Below, in pieces: positions 53,825-63,256 of a DNA stretch of 64,000 nt (position 1 is the stretch's first letter; each line of letters begins with the position of its first letter). This DNA is from Verrucomicrobiota bacterium (GTDB lineage: Bacteria; Verrucomicrobiota; Verrucomicrobiia; Limisphaerales; UBA8199). The notes beneath the pieces are model-generated. The model was given only the letters and a program-made list of their open reading frames with translations. It was not told where the DNA came from and did no database searches. Where the stretch lies: the NCBI GenBank assembly GCA_035358715.1, contig DAOPPX010000009.1:629-64628 (forward strand). The letters are read 5' to 3'. The translations under genes and the position numbers were made by a program.

Positions 53825-55108
53825 TCAGCCCTCGCGCGGCGGGAGCTTCTTCTCTACCTTGGTCTTCTCCAACACCACGTACTTGGGCAGGCCGCCTTCT
53901 GTCGGGCACTTGACTTCGCCTTCGATCAACGGCTGAGCGTAGGCAACGAACTTCTCGTTGGGCAGGTAACCGTCTTCGCTGATCCAGTCGCGCGGAATGA
54001 AGTGTTCGACGTTGGCGATGTCGCCCAGCGGCTGCAGGCCTGTGGCCCACTGAACCGAGCCGTCAGGCTGCGGGGTCCGGACGATTTTGACCATGTAGCC
54101 GCTCTCGCCGGCGATGGCGGCCTTGACGGCGGCTTCGCCGCAGGCAAAGGCGTTGGTGGCATCGGTCAAGCTCGCGCAATGCGCGGCGGCACGCTGCGCG
54201 TAGCCGAGCAGCACGGTGCGGGTCTTGGTATTGAGCTTGCCCTGCACCAATTCTTTCAACTTCTGGGCCGCTCCCGCAAGCACCGGGTGGCCAAACGCAT
54301 CCAGCCGGGTCTTGTCGGCGCCCACTTCCTTCCCCGAGGTGTCTTTGATCCCTTCCCCAACGACTACGACGCAGTAATTATAGGCGGCTACGGTTTCTTT
54401 TACCTTGGCGAGGAACTTCTCCTCCTCGAGAGGCAGTTCGGGCAGCAGGATGATATGGGGCGGGTTAGCGGGGTTGCCGCGCTTGGCCAGGACGGTGCCG
54501 GCGGCGATCCAGCCTGCCGAACGGCCCATCACTTCAATGATGCAGCAGGAGCCGTCGTCGGTCGCCATGCTGCCCACGTCCAAGCCAACTTCGGTGACTG
54601 TGATGGCGTTGTACTTGATAACCGAGCCATAGCCTGGGCAGTTGTCCGTGTGCGGCAGGTCGTTGTCAATGGTCTTGGGCACGCCGAGGACGCGGAGCAC
54701 GTAATTTCGCTTGATGGCTTCCTCGTGAATCTTGTGCGACGTGTCCTGGGAGTCGTTGCCGCCGATGTAGGCGAAGTAGCGGATGTTGTGGGCTTCAAAC
54801 ACCTGGAAGAGCCGGTCCATGTCTTTGGCGGCTTTCTCGGGCTTCTTCTTGAAGTCAATCTTGTAGCGGCACGTGCCGAGCGCCGCGGCGGGCGTGTATC
54901 TGAGGCCCTCTATGGTCCGGGCGCGCTCCTCGTTAATGTCTATCAGTTCCTCGTTGAGGATGCCAAAGATGCCATTGGCGCCCCCGTAGATTTCCTCAAT
55001 ACAGTCATTCCGGCCCGCTTCCTGAATCACACCGGCCAAACTGGCGTTGATGACGGACGTCGGCCCGCCGGATTGCGCCACTAACAAATTTCCAACTAGT
55101 TCTGGCAT
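53825..55108 (-). CDS. 6-phosphofructokinase of the PPi-dependent (Pfp-like) lineage
   Basis: 'LLVAQSGGPTSVINASLAGV', 'YIGGNDSQDT', 'VLGVPKTIDNDL' and 'IEVMGRSAGWIA' are PFK family blocks. The Lys in PKTIDND is the PPi-type signature. Confidence 0.85.
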   Translation of the reverse strand: MPELVGNLLVAQSGGPTSVINASLAGVIQEAGRNDCIEEIYGGANGIFGILNEELIDINEERARTIEGLRYTPAAALGTCRYKIDFKKKPEKAAKDMDRLFQVFEAHNIRYFAYIGGNDSQDTSHKIHEEAIKRNYVLRVLGVPKTIDNDLPHTDNCPGYGSVIKYNAITVTEVGLDVGSMATDDGSCCIIEVMGRSAGWIAAGTVLAKRGNPANPPHIILLPELPLEEEKFLAKVKETVAAYNYCVVVVGEGIKDTSGKEVGADKTRLDAFGHPVLAGAAQKLKELVQGKLNTKTRTVLLGYAQRAAAHCASLTDATNAFACGEAAVKAAIAGESGYMVKIVRTPQPDGSVQWATGLQPLGDIANVEHFIPRDWISEDGYLPNEKFVAYAQPLIEGEVKCPTEGGLPKYVVLEKTKVEKKLPPREG

Positions 55109-55157
55109 AATATTCCAATCGCGTTTTCGTCGAGCTGAACCCGATCAGCCCTCAGTC

Positions 55158-55175
55158 TTTGGAAGACCTTCCAAA
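55158..55175. promoter_or_regulatory. 18-bp perfect palindrome tttggaag-ac-cttccaaa in the pfk / GH127 divergent intergenic region, candidate operator
   Basis: Seen directly. Lies 50 nt upstream of the pfk start codon (55108) and about 120 nt upstream of the GH127 start. Confidence 0.3.
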
Positions 55176-55297
55176 TTCGGAGTGCAACCCTGCCAGCAAA
55201 CCTCGCGCCTGTCAAAGGCGAAATCGAGGGCCGGCACCCGTCGCTTGCACGAAGAGGATTGACAGATTCGCGGCGAGCCAGACTATGAGCCGCTGAA

Positions 55298-57805
55298 GTG
55301 AGAAACGCTATGCGCTCGAAATGCAACATTGAGTTGGCGGATTGGCAGCGCCGGAGTCATCCCTGCGCGGAACAAAGCACGGCCACCCTCGCCCCCGCCA
55401 GCAGCCCGCGAAGCAAATCCTGGACCTGGCTGCCGGTGCTGCTCGGCTCGATGCTGCTGCCTGGAGTCTGCGCGGCTGCCCCAGGGCAAACACTGCTCAA
55501 ACTTGACCCCGTGCCGTTTAACGATGTTACCATCAAGGATTCATTCTGGGCGCCGCGGCGCGAGACGAACCGCATAGCCAGCATTCCCTTCAGCCTGCAG
55601 AAGCTGGAGGAAGCTGGCAATATCGAGGACATCCGGCTGGCGGGCCGCGGCGCGACAAACGGCTTTCGAGGGCCGGTCTTCATGGATTCAGACCTCTATA
55701 AGGCCCTCGAGGCCGCGGCCTACTCGATTGCCACACACCCCGACCCGGCGCTCGAAAAGCAACTGGACGACATCATCCGTCTGCTCGCCGCGGCGCAGCA
55801 GCCCGACGGCTACCTCAACAGCTATTTCACCGTCAAGGAGCCCGCTAAACGCTGGACCAACCTTCGCGACTGGCACGAGCTTTATTGCGCCGGCCACTTG
55901 TTCGAGGCGGCTGTGGCGCATTACCAAGCCACCGGCAAGACCAACTTCCTGAACATCGCCACCCGCTTCGCGGACAATATTGACTCGGTGTTTGGGCCGC
56001 CGCCCAAGCGGGCGGGCTACCCCGGGCATCCGGAGATCGAACTGGCCCTGGTGAAGCTGTGGCGCGCCACCGGCAACACACGCTACCTCGACCTGGCACG
56101 GTTCTTTGTTGAGACACGGGGCCGGAGGTTCTTCGCCACCGAACACAACATCCCGCTCGACAAGTACGACGGTTCCTACTTTCAGGACGATGTGCCGATC
56201 TGGGATCACCAGAACATCAAGGGGCATGCCGTGCGGGCGGCCTACCTGATGTCGGGCACCACGGACGTGGCGGCGCAGACGGGCGACGAGCGCCTGCTGG
56301 CGATGCTCGACCGGGTTTGGCGCAACACCACCGAGCGCAATCAATACCTCACCGGGGGCATTGGCCCCAGCGCGCACAATGAGGGCTTCACCGTGGACTA
56401 CGACCTGCCCAACCTTACCGCGTATCAGGAAACCTGCGCCACCATCGCGCTGGCGCAGTGGGCGCATCGCCTAGCCCTGCTCTACGGCGAGGCACGCTAC
56501 GCCGACGCGCTGGAACGCGCGCTCTACAATGGCGTGCTCTCGGGCGTTTCCCAGGACGGCACGAAGTTTTTCTACGTCAACCCCCTCGAAAGCGCCGGCA
56601 CCCATCATCGCTCCCCGTGGTTCGGCTGCGCCTGCTGCCCGCCGAACGTAACGCGCACGCTCGCCGCCTTGGGCGGCTATGCTTATGCCGCCAGCGCAGG
56701 TTCGCTTTACGTCAACCTCTACATCCAGGGCAGCGCCCGCGCGAGGGTGGGGGAAACGGCGGTGGGCTTGAAGGTGACGACCGACTACCCGTGGGACGGC
56801 AAAGTGGCGTTGGAGGTGGCGCCTGCCACACGGACCAGGTTCGCTCTCCGGCTGCGCGTGCCTGGCTGGTGTGCCAACCCGGCTGTTCGGGTCAACGGCC
56901 GCGCCCGGCGCGACCCGCTTATCGAGCGCGGCTACTGGGTCCTTGAGCAGGAATGGGCGCGCGGCGACCGGGTGGAGCTGGATTTGCCGATGCCCGTCCA
57001 GCGGTTCACTGCCAACCCTAACGTGAAGACCAATCACGGACTCGCAGCCATTCAGCGCGGACCCATTGTGTATTGCGTCGAACAATGCGATCACAGCGAG
57101 CCGATCGAGGCGCTTTGGCTGCCGCCAGAGGCAGAGCTCAAGGCGGTGCGGGCACCCGGCTTGTTGGGAGGCGTGGTGACCGTGACCGGCGAGGCTCGCG
57201 CTGCTTCTCCGCAGAAGTGGGGCCGCGTCCTTTACCAGCCGCTGGCTCCCTCCCGCCGTGTCGCCCTTAGGGCGATTCCTTACTACGCCTGGGACAACCG
57301 CCAGGCCGGCCCTATGAAAGTGTGGCTGCCTGTCTCGCCGCCGGCGCTGCCGGCTCGCGGATTGGAAGCCCGGGCGAAGGTCACCATGAGTTTTGTCAGC
57401 GACAACTGCCGGCCGCAGGGCATCAACGACGGTCTGGCGCCGAAGAACAGTGCCGAGCAGCCGGCGGCCTGCAGCCACTGGTGGCCGCACAAAGGCACCG
57501 GCGAGTGGGCTCAATATACCTGGCAGACCCCTGTGCAAATCAGCAGCGCAAAGGTCTATTGGTTTGATGACACCGGCCGCGGCGAATGCCGCCTGCCCGC
57601 CTCGTGGCGCATCGAGCACCTGGATCAGGGTGCCTGGAAAGCCGTCACGACCACGGAAACCTACCCGGTTGCCATAGACCAATGGTGCGCGGTGCGTTTT
57701 GCGCCCGTCAGGACCACGGCGCTGCGGCTGGTCGTCCAACTTGCTCCCGGCTTCGCCTCCGGCGTTCACGAGTGGAAAGTGGACGAGCCGGACGACCCGC
57801 AATAG
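55298..57805 (+). CDS. Glycoside hydrolase family 127 (beta-L-arabinofuranosidase-type, DUF1680) with C-terminal discoidin-like domain
   Basis: 'DSDLYKALEAAAY', 'HELYCAGHLFEAAVAHY', 'YLTGGIGPSAHNEGF', 'QETCATIA' and 'WFGCACCPPNVTR' (Cys-rich catalytic/Zn site). The start is M1 or M5. Confidence 0.85.
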   Translation: MRNAMRSKCNIELADWQRRSHPCAEQSTATLAPASSPRSKSWTWLPVLLGSMLLPGVCAAAPGQTLLKLDPVPFNDVTIKDSFWAPRRETNRIASIPFSLQKLEEAGNIEDIRLAGRGATNGFRGPVFMDSDLYKALEAAAYSIATHPDPALEKQLDDIIRLLAAAQQPDGYLNSYFTVKEPAKRWTNLRDWHELYCAGHLFEAAVAHYQATGKTNFLNIATRFADNIDSVFGPPPKRAGYPGHPEIELALVKLWRATGNTRYLDLARFFVETRGRRFFATEHNIPLDKYDGSYFQDDVPIWDHQNIKGHAVRAAYLMSGTTDVAAQTGDERLLAMLDRVWRNTTERNQYLTGGIGPSAHNEGFTVDYDLPNLTAYQETCATIALAQWAHRLALLYGEARYADALERALYNGVLSGVSQDGTKFFYVNPLESAGTHHRSPWFGCACCPPNVTRTLAALGGYAYAASAGSLYVNLYIQGSARARVGETAVGLKVTTDYPWDGKVALEVAPATRTRFALRLRVPGWCANPAVRVNGRARRDPLIERGYWVLEQEWARGDRVELDLPMPVQRFTANPNVKTNHGLAAIQRGPIVYCVEQCDHSEPIEALWLPPEAELKAVRAPGLLGGVVTVTGEARAASPQKWGRVLYQPLAPSRRVALRAIPYYAWDNRQAGPMKVWLPVSPPALPARGLEARAKVTMSFVSDNCRPQGINDGLAPKNSAEQPAACSHWWPHKGTGEWAQYTWQTPVQISSAKVYWFDDTGRGECRLPASWRIEHLDQGAWKAVTTTETYPVAIDQWCAVRFAPVRTTALRLVVQLAPGFASGVHEWKVDEPDDPQ

Positions 57806-57819
57806 CTGAGATCGCCCCC

Positions 57820-58944
57820 ATGAAAGCCATCCGTGTCTTGCTTCCCGCTGCGGCTGCCGCCGCCCTCGTCCTGGTGCTGCTCGTTGCCTGCCGGACCTCC
57901 CGCCAGCCGGAACCGGCTGCCGCCCTCGAGCGATTGCCCCACACTAACCTGCTGGTCTTCCACAATCCCAAGGGCGGAATCTCCCCGGTCAAGTCCAAGT
58001 CCGATTGGGAGCATCGCCGCGCCGAGATACTGCGCGGCATGACCGAAGTGATGGGGCCGCTGCCAGGGCCGGAGCGGTGGTGCCCCTTCGACCTGCGCAC
58101 GGAGGAACAAACCAATTGCGGCTCCTACACCCGCATGTTGATCACCTATGCCTCCGAGCCCGGCTCGCGTGTGCCCGCCTATCTGCTGGTGCCGAACGCA
58201 GCCATCACCGGCACGGAGAGACTGCCCGGCATCCTGGCGCTGCACCCGACGGAACAGAATCGCGGCCACCGGGTCCTGGTAGAGCAAATGAGCGGCAAAT
58301 ACCGCGCTTATGGGCGCGATTTGGCGGAGCTCGGCTACGTCGTAATCGCCCCCGCTTATCCCCTCATGGCCAACTACCAGCCCGACCTCAAGTCACTCGG
58401 CTACCAGAGCGGCACAATGAAGGCCATTCATGATAACATCCGCGCCCTGGACCTTTTGGAAACACTGCCCTTTGTGCGGAAGGGCAAGTTCGGCGCCATT
58501 GGCCATTCCCTGGGTGGACACAACGCTATCTACACAGCCGTCTTCGAGCCGCGCATCGGGGTGGTGGTTTCCAGTTGCGGCTTTGACTCTTATTCCGCCT
58601 ACTACGGCGGTGACCCAGCCCACTGGCAGCTTGAGCGCGGGTGGTGCCAAACACGCTACATGCCCCGGCTGGCGGACTATCGCGGACGCCTGACGGAAAT
58701 CCCCTTCGACTTCTACGAACTCATCGCCGCCCTCGCGCCCCGGCCCCTGTTTGTCAACGCCCCGCTCCGCGACGCCAACTTCAGTCAGCCGAATGTGGAC
58801 GCCATTCTGACCGCCGCTGCCGCTGTCTATCGGCTTTACCACGTGCCAAAGGTGCTCCAGGCGGCGTATCCGGATTGTGACCACGACTTCCCCCCCGAGG
58901 TGCGCGAGGCCGCCTACGGTTTCCTCGGCCAGCACTTGCGCTGA
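57820..58944 (+). CDS. Secreted alpha/beta hydrolase (dienelactone-hydrolase/esterase-like)
   Basis: Signal/lipobox-like 'LLPAAAAAALVLVLLVACRT' and nucleophile elbow 'GAIGHSLGGHNA'. The ATG at 57820 is preferred; the upstream extension overlaps GH127. Confidence 0.75.
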   Translation: MKAIRVLLPAAAAAALVLVLLVACRTSRQPEPAAALERLPHTNLLVFHNPKGGISPVKSKSDWEHRRAEILRGMTEVMGPLPGPERWCPFDLRTEEQTNCGSYTRMLITYASEPGSRVPAYLLVPNAAITGTERLPGILALHPTEQNRGHRVLVEQMSGKYRAYGRDLAELGYVVIAPAYPLMANYQPDLKSLGYQSGTMKAIHDNIRALDLLETLPFVRKGKFGAIGHSLGGHNAIYTAVFEPRIGVVVSSCGFDSYSAYYGGDPAHWQLERGWCQTRYMPRLADYRGRLTEIPFDFYELIAALAPRPLFVNAPLRDANFSQPNVDAILTAAAAVYRLYHVPKVLQAAYPDCDHDFPPEVREAAYGFLGQHLR

Positions 58945-59163
58945 ACCCCTTCGGAGCGGCGCTGAAGCCTCGGGCGTGGTCTTCGTCGCGGGGCCGTTCA
59001 AGGCGTTTTACCTTTCCAATGGGGCCCGGTTGGACGAAGCTTGGAATGTGAGCGCCTGGCGCTGGACCAACGGAATCCCGCGCGGCCAAGCCGCAACTGT
59101 TCCATTTGACTACCGCTAAGAGTGCGAAATGACGCAAGAGAACCACCGCAGCGAGCACACCGA

Positions 59164-62061
59164 ATGACCCGGTTAACTCACCTGATCGTCCGAGCGCTGG
59201 ACTGCATGATCCAGTCCTATCATCGGTGTCTTCCGCCTGGTTTGCGGGTTCGGTGGGTCTTCCCGGCAACCCTTTTGCTAGCGTGGCCCGCTTGGGCCGC
59301 CGAGACGCCCCCCGACTCAAATGCCCCGCCCGGCGGATTGTCGGGACGGTCCACCAATGTGACGGCCGGGTTCCGCCTCAAACCGGGGTTCCGCCTGGAG
59401 TTGGTCGCCGCCGAACCGCGGATCGCCGTGCCGGTGGCCATCGCGTTCGACGAGAAGGGGCGCCTGTTCGTGGCCGAAACGCGGGAAGCCGGCTCTCCGC
59501 GCGACACCAACGCGCCGGCCGGCCGCATCCGGGTGCTTGAGGATCCCGACGGCACCGGCGAATTCCGGTCGAGCAAGGTCTATGCGGATAACCTGGCGTC
59601 GGCCTCGGCAGTGGCGTGCTACGCGGGCGGGGTGTTCGTTGCCGCCGGCTCCAACATCCTCTACTTGAAGGACACCTTGACCAATGGCATAGCCAACCTC
59701 AGCAATGTCGTGTTCAGCGGGTTCGGCGGCACCAACACGCTCGGGGCGGAGGTGGTTCCGCACAACTTCAACTGGGGCCTGGACAACCGCATTCACGCCG
59801 CCGGTGTGGGGACAGATCCGGCATTGCCGAGCCGGTGTTTTTCCTTCGATCCTCACGGCCTCACCATTGCGGCCGGTGGGGGTGGCGCGGAAACCGGCCT
59901 GGCATTGGACAACTGGGGCCGGGAGTTGGTCTGCGATTTGACGCGCCCTCTGCGGCGGTCACTCTTGCCGCTTCGCTACCGGGAACGCAACCTGTTCTTC
60001 CCGGCACCGCCCGAGGTGGCCGATGTGCTCGGCCCGGCTACGCCGGTCTTCCGGCTCATCTCGGCCGGAGCGCCTCAACCAACGAACGTGCTCGCCGCCA
60101 CCTGGCTGACGAACGCGCGAAGCTGCGTCGTTTATCGCGGCAACGCTTTCCCCTCGAACTTCCTCGGCAACGCGTTCATTGCTGATGCGTCGGCTCGTGT
60201 CATCCATCGGGCGGTGCTGCGCGAGGCGGGGCTGCGGTTGACGGCGAGCCGGGCGCCGGAGGATGCGCGCACCGAGTTTCTGATGTCCGAAGATCCGGCG
60301 TTCCGGCCGGTGCAAATCGTCAACGGCCCGGACGGCGTGCTCTACGTCGTGGACGCGCAAGACGGCGGCACAGCCGGGCGAATTTACCGCATTGTGCCGC
60401 AGGGCTTCAAACCGGTCAAACTCGCCCGGCTTGGCAGGGCGACGACCGCCGAGCTGGTGGCCTACCTCTCGCACCCAAACGGGTGGCACCGCGACACCGC
60501 CGCGCGGTTGCTCTACGAGCGGCGCGACCCGGCGGCAGCGAAACCCCTGGCGAGCATGTTCAGCTACTCCCGGGACCCGCTGGCGCGTTTGCACGCCCTG
60601 CGCGCGCTCGATGGAATGGGCGCACTGAGCCAGGAACAACTCCTTCGCGCGCTGCGCGACAGGGATGAGCGGATCCGGGAGCAGGCCGTGCTGATGGCCG
60701 AGCAGCCGGCCCGGCGCGGCACCCTTGCCGACGCCACCTGGCGGCAGCTCAAGTTGCTGGCAGCCGACCCTTCAATGCGCGTCCGCTACCAGCTCGCGCT
60801 GACGATGGGGGAAATCCGGATGCCCGACCGTCCCCGGGTGCTGGCGGACATGCTCATGGACACGACCGACCACCCATTGATGCAGGCGGCGGTCTTCAGT
60901 TCGCTGGCCGACGGAGCGGCGGAGGTGTTGGTCGCCCTGGCCAGTAGCGGGCAGGTTCGGGATAGCATCCCGGGGCGGGAACTGTTGGAACGGCTGGCGA
61001 TTATGATCGGCGTCCAGGGCAAGGCGGGTGAAATCGCGCGGGTAATCGAGTTTGCGGACCAAACGCCGCGGGAGTCAGCGCGGGCATTGCCGGCACTGGC
61101 GGCGGTGGGCGAGGGCTTGCGCCGGGCTGGCATTTCATTGACACAAATGAACCCGCAGGGCCCGCTGCCACGCTTTTACACGGAGGCGTTGAACGTAACG
61201 CCGAATAGCCTGTTTCCAGAGACAGTGCGGCTCGGGGCGATACGGTTGCTGCCCTCCTGCCCCTACACCTACTCTCAGACGGCCGATTTCCTGTTGATGC
61301 TGGTTGGGTCGGGACAGTCGGAAGCCATCCGGTCCGCCGCCATTGCCACCCTGGGCAGCTACGACGATCCGCAGGTGTCCGCTTCCCTGATTCGGCGCTG
61401 GCGAGCACTGACGCCGCGCTTGCGCAAGGACGCAGGAGCCGCATTGCTAAGCCGCGCCGACCGCCTGGGGTTTGTTCTGGACGCGGTGGAAGACGGCAAC
61501 ATTGACCGCGCGGACCTTTCGGACGACCAGGTGAACCTGCTGCGACTCTATCCCGAGCCGGCGATTGCCGAGCGCGCTGTCCGACTGCTTGGATTGCTGC
61601 GGGCGCAGCGGCCTGAAGCGGTGGAGAGTTTCAAGGCGGCACTGAGGGCGCGCGGCGCAGTGGCCCGCGGTCGGCAGGTTTTCCTGGCGCGCTGCGCGGC
61701 CTGCCATCAGCCTGACAACGCCGCACCCGGCATCGGCCCTGAACTGGCCACGGTGCGGATGCACGGCAGGGAACGGGCCATGACGGCCATCCTGGAACCA
61801 AACGCGGCGGTCCGGCCCGGCTACGAAACTTACCTGGCCGGGACTGTTGCGGGCGAACTGTTCTGGGGCCTCCTGCGCGGGGATAACACCGCGACCATCA
61901 CCCTCCAGCAGCCCGATGGGAGGCAGGTGGTATTACAGCGCTCGAACATACAATACCTCGAGCCCCAGCCGTGGTCGCTCATGCCCGAAGAGCTGACCGA
62001 CGATCTCAATCCGCAGGGCATGGCGGATCTGCTCGAACACGTTACCGCCGCCCCGCGCTAG
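59164..62061 (+). CDS. PVC-type heme-binding CxxCH protein: membrane-bound-dehydrogenase-like beta-propeller + HEAT repeats + C-terminal cytochrome c
   Basis: 'GRLFVAETRE' and 'PDGVLYVVD' propeller blocks. Repeated 'RxxAxxALG' HEAT-like units. 'GRQVFLARCAACHQ' heme c site followed by the Met ligand region. The start is uncertain (GTG 59122, ATG 59164 or ATG 59206). Confidence 0.75.
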   Translation: MTRLTHLIVRALDCMIQSYHRCLPPGLRVRWVFPATLLLAWPAWAAETPPDSNAPPGGLSGRSTNVTAGFRLKPGFRLELVAAEPRIAVPVAIAFDEKGRLFVAETREAGSPRDTNAPAGRIRVLEDPDGTGEFRSSKVYADNLASASAVACYAGGVFVAAGSNILYLKDTLTNGIANLSNVVFSGFGGTNTLGAEVVPHNFNWGLDNRIHAAGVGTDPALPSRCFSFDPHGLTIAAGGGGAETGLALDNWGRELVCDLTRPLRRSLLPLRYRERNLFFPAPPEVADVLGPATPVFRLISAGAPQPTNVLAATWLTNARSCVVYRGNAFPSNFLGNAFIADASARVIHRAVLREAGLRLTASRAPEDARTEFLMSEDPAFRPVQIVNGPDGVLYVVDAQDGGTAGRIYRIVPQGFKPVKLARLGRATTAELVAYLSHPNGWHRDTAARLLYERRDPAAAKPLASMFSYSRDPLARLHALRALDGMGALSQEQLLRALRDRDERIREQAVLMAEQPARRGTLADATWRQLKLLAADPSMRVRYQLALTMGEIRMPDRPRVLADMLMDTTDHPLMQAAVFSSLADGAAEVLVALASSGQVRDSIPGRELLERLAIMIGVQGKAGEIARVIEFADQTPRESARALPALAAVGEGLRRAGISLTQMNPQGPLPRFYTEALNVTPNSLFPETVRLGAIRLLPSCPYTYSQTADFLLMLVGSGQSEAIRSAAIATLGSYDDPQVSASLIRRWRALTPRLRKDAGAALLSRADRLGFVLDAVEDGNIDRADLSDDQVNLLRLYPEPAIAERAVRLLGLLRAQRPEAVESFKAALRARGAVARGRQVFLARCAACHQPDNAAPGIGPELATVRMHGRERAMTAILEPNAAVRPGYETYLAGTVAGELFWGLLRGDNTATITLQQPDGRQVVLQRSNIQYLEPQPWSLMPEELTDDLNPQGMADLLEHVTAAPR

Positions 62062-62073
62062 CCTCAGACCACC

Positions 62074-62195
62074 ATCGCTCCTCCGTCCTTCCTCCGTTGC
62101 TCCTCCGTCCTACCTCCCACCGCCCGGTCGGAGGTAGGACGGAGGAGCAACGGAGGAGCAACGGAGGAAGGACGGAGGAAGGACGGAGGAACCAC
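62074..62195. repeat. Long hairpin built from 4 + 6 tandem 11-bp units (GGAGGNNNNAC) around a 12-nt spacer; candidate bidirectional terminator
   Basis: Left units are at 62074, 62085, 62096 and 62107. The spacer is caccgcccggtc. Right units run at 62130-62195. A perfect 27-bp stem pairs 62091-62117 with 62130-62156. Starts 13 nt after the + gene stop. Confidence 0.85.
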
Positions 62196-62275
62196 GGCTG
62201 AGGGACGGGGTGTGGCGGGGGGGGGAAGTAGATTCCCATCGTTTCCAACGGGGCAGGATGGCCGGGTCTTCGTGG

Positions 62276-63256
62276 CTACTCGTGTATTTCCACCACGTCC
62301 CGGTCCCGGAGCGGCTCGGTTTTGTGCACCTGCTGCCCCTCGAACCGGCTGTGGCCCCATAGGCGCGCGAACTTCATCCGTTCCGGCAAGTCGCGATGAA
62401 TCTGGCGCGCCAGTTCAGCGACGGTTGCGCCCGCCGGCACAATGAACGGCTTGTGCAAATCTGGAGGCCGGCCCGGCTCTTTTGAGTAAACGCGGATCAT
62501 TGCCAGCAGGGTCCACAGGCGCTGGAACCAGTCGTCCAGACCTTGCCGGCTGCGTGTGCTGAGGGCCAAGACCTCCAATTGGCTGGCGTACAATTCCCGC
62601 AATGGAAGGATTGCGCCGGGCGGAACCAGGTCCGCCTTGGTCGTGACGATCAGTCCCGGCCGCTGATTCGGATTGGCCGGCGACAGTTGGTTTCGGGGCA
62701 GCGTCCGCAAGGTCAGCCCGCGCGAACTGCAGACGCCCAGCACCATTTCCGCCTGGTCGAGCGCCGCTTCGCCGGCTTCCACGACTGCGCACACCACGTC
62801 GGCATTCCGAATCGTGCCCAGCAAGCCGGTCGGCACGTGCTCCGGTGTGAGGGGCGGCGTGTCAACCAGTTCAATGTGCACGTCGTCCTTGTGCCACATC
62901 CCCGGCTGCGGCAGGACCGTGGTGAAAGGATACTCGGCCACCTTCACCGAGGCATGAGTGGTCGCCGCCAGCAGACTGCTCTTGCCGGTGTTCGGCGGCC
63001 CGATCAGCACCACCTGCCCGGCGCCCCCCTTGGGGATGTGGAACGGGTCCGGCCCTTTGGTGTGCGCGGTCTTCTGCTCCTGCTGGCGGAGTTGGCTGAT
63101 GCGGTGCTTGAGGTCGGCCTGCATCTTCTCCGTCCCTTTGTGCTTGGGGATGGCGCTGAACATCTCCTGCAAGCCGGCCAGTCGTTCCTCGTCGTTCGTC
63201 GCCTGCCGGTAGCGCCGCTCGGCTTTCTCGTATTCCGGTGTCAGGTTCGCCGGCAT
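62276..63256 (-). CDS. OBG/DRG-type GTPase with C-terminal TGS domain
   Basis: G1 'GPPNTGKSS', G4 'TTKAD', N-terminal 'LTPEYEKAERRYRQA...HKGTEKMQADLKHRI' helical region, and a C-terminal TGS-like 'RVYSKEPGRPPD...DVVEIHE'. The start is ATG 63256 or 63277. Confidence 0.8.
   Translation of the reverse strand: MPANLTPEYEKAERRYRQATNDEERLAGLQEMFSAIPKHKGTEKMQADLKHRISQLRQQEQKTAHTKGPDPFHIPKGGAGQVVLIGPPNTGKSSLLAATTHASVKVAEYPFTTVLPQPGMWHKDDVHIELVDTPPLTPEHVPTGLLGTIRNADVVCAVVEAGEAALDQAEMVLGVCSSRGLTLRTLPRNQLSPANPNQRPGLIVTTKADLVPPGAILPLRELYASQLEVLALSTRSRQGLDDWFQRLWTLLAMIRVYSKEPGRPPDLHKPFIVPAGATVAELARQIHRDLPERMKFARLWGHSRFEGQQVHKTEPLRDRDVVEIHE

Noticed and set aside
52221-55084. Two long plus-strand ORFs (571 and 445 codons)
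   Set aside because: They are antisense to the MFS transporter and the PFK gene, both of which have clear family patterns. The plus-frame products are G/E/A/D/H-rich shadows.
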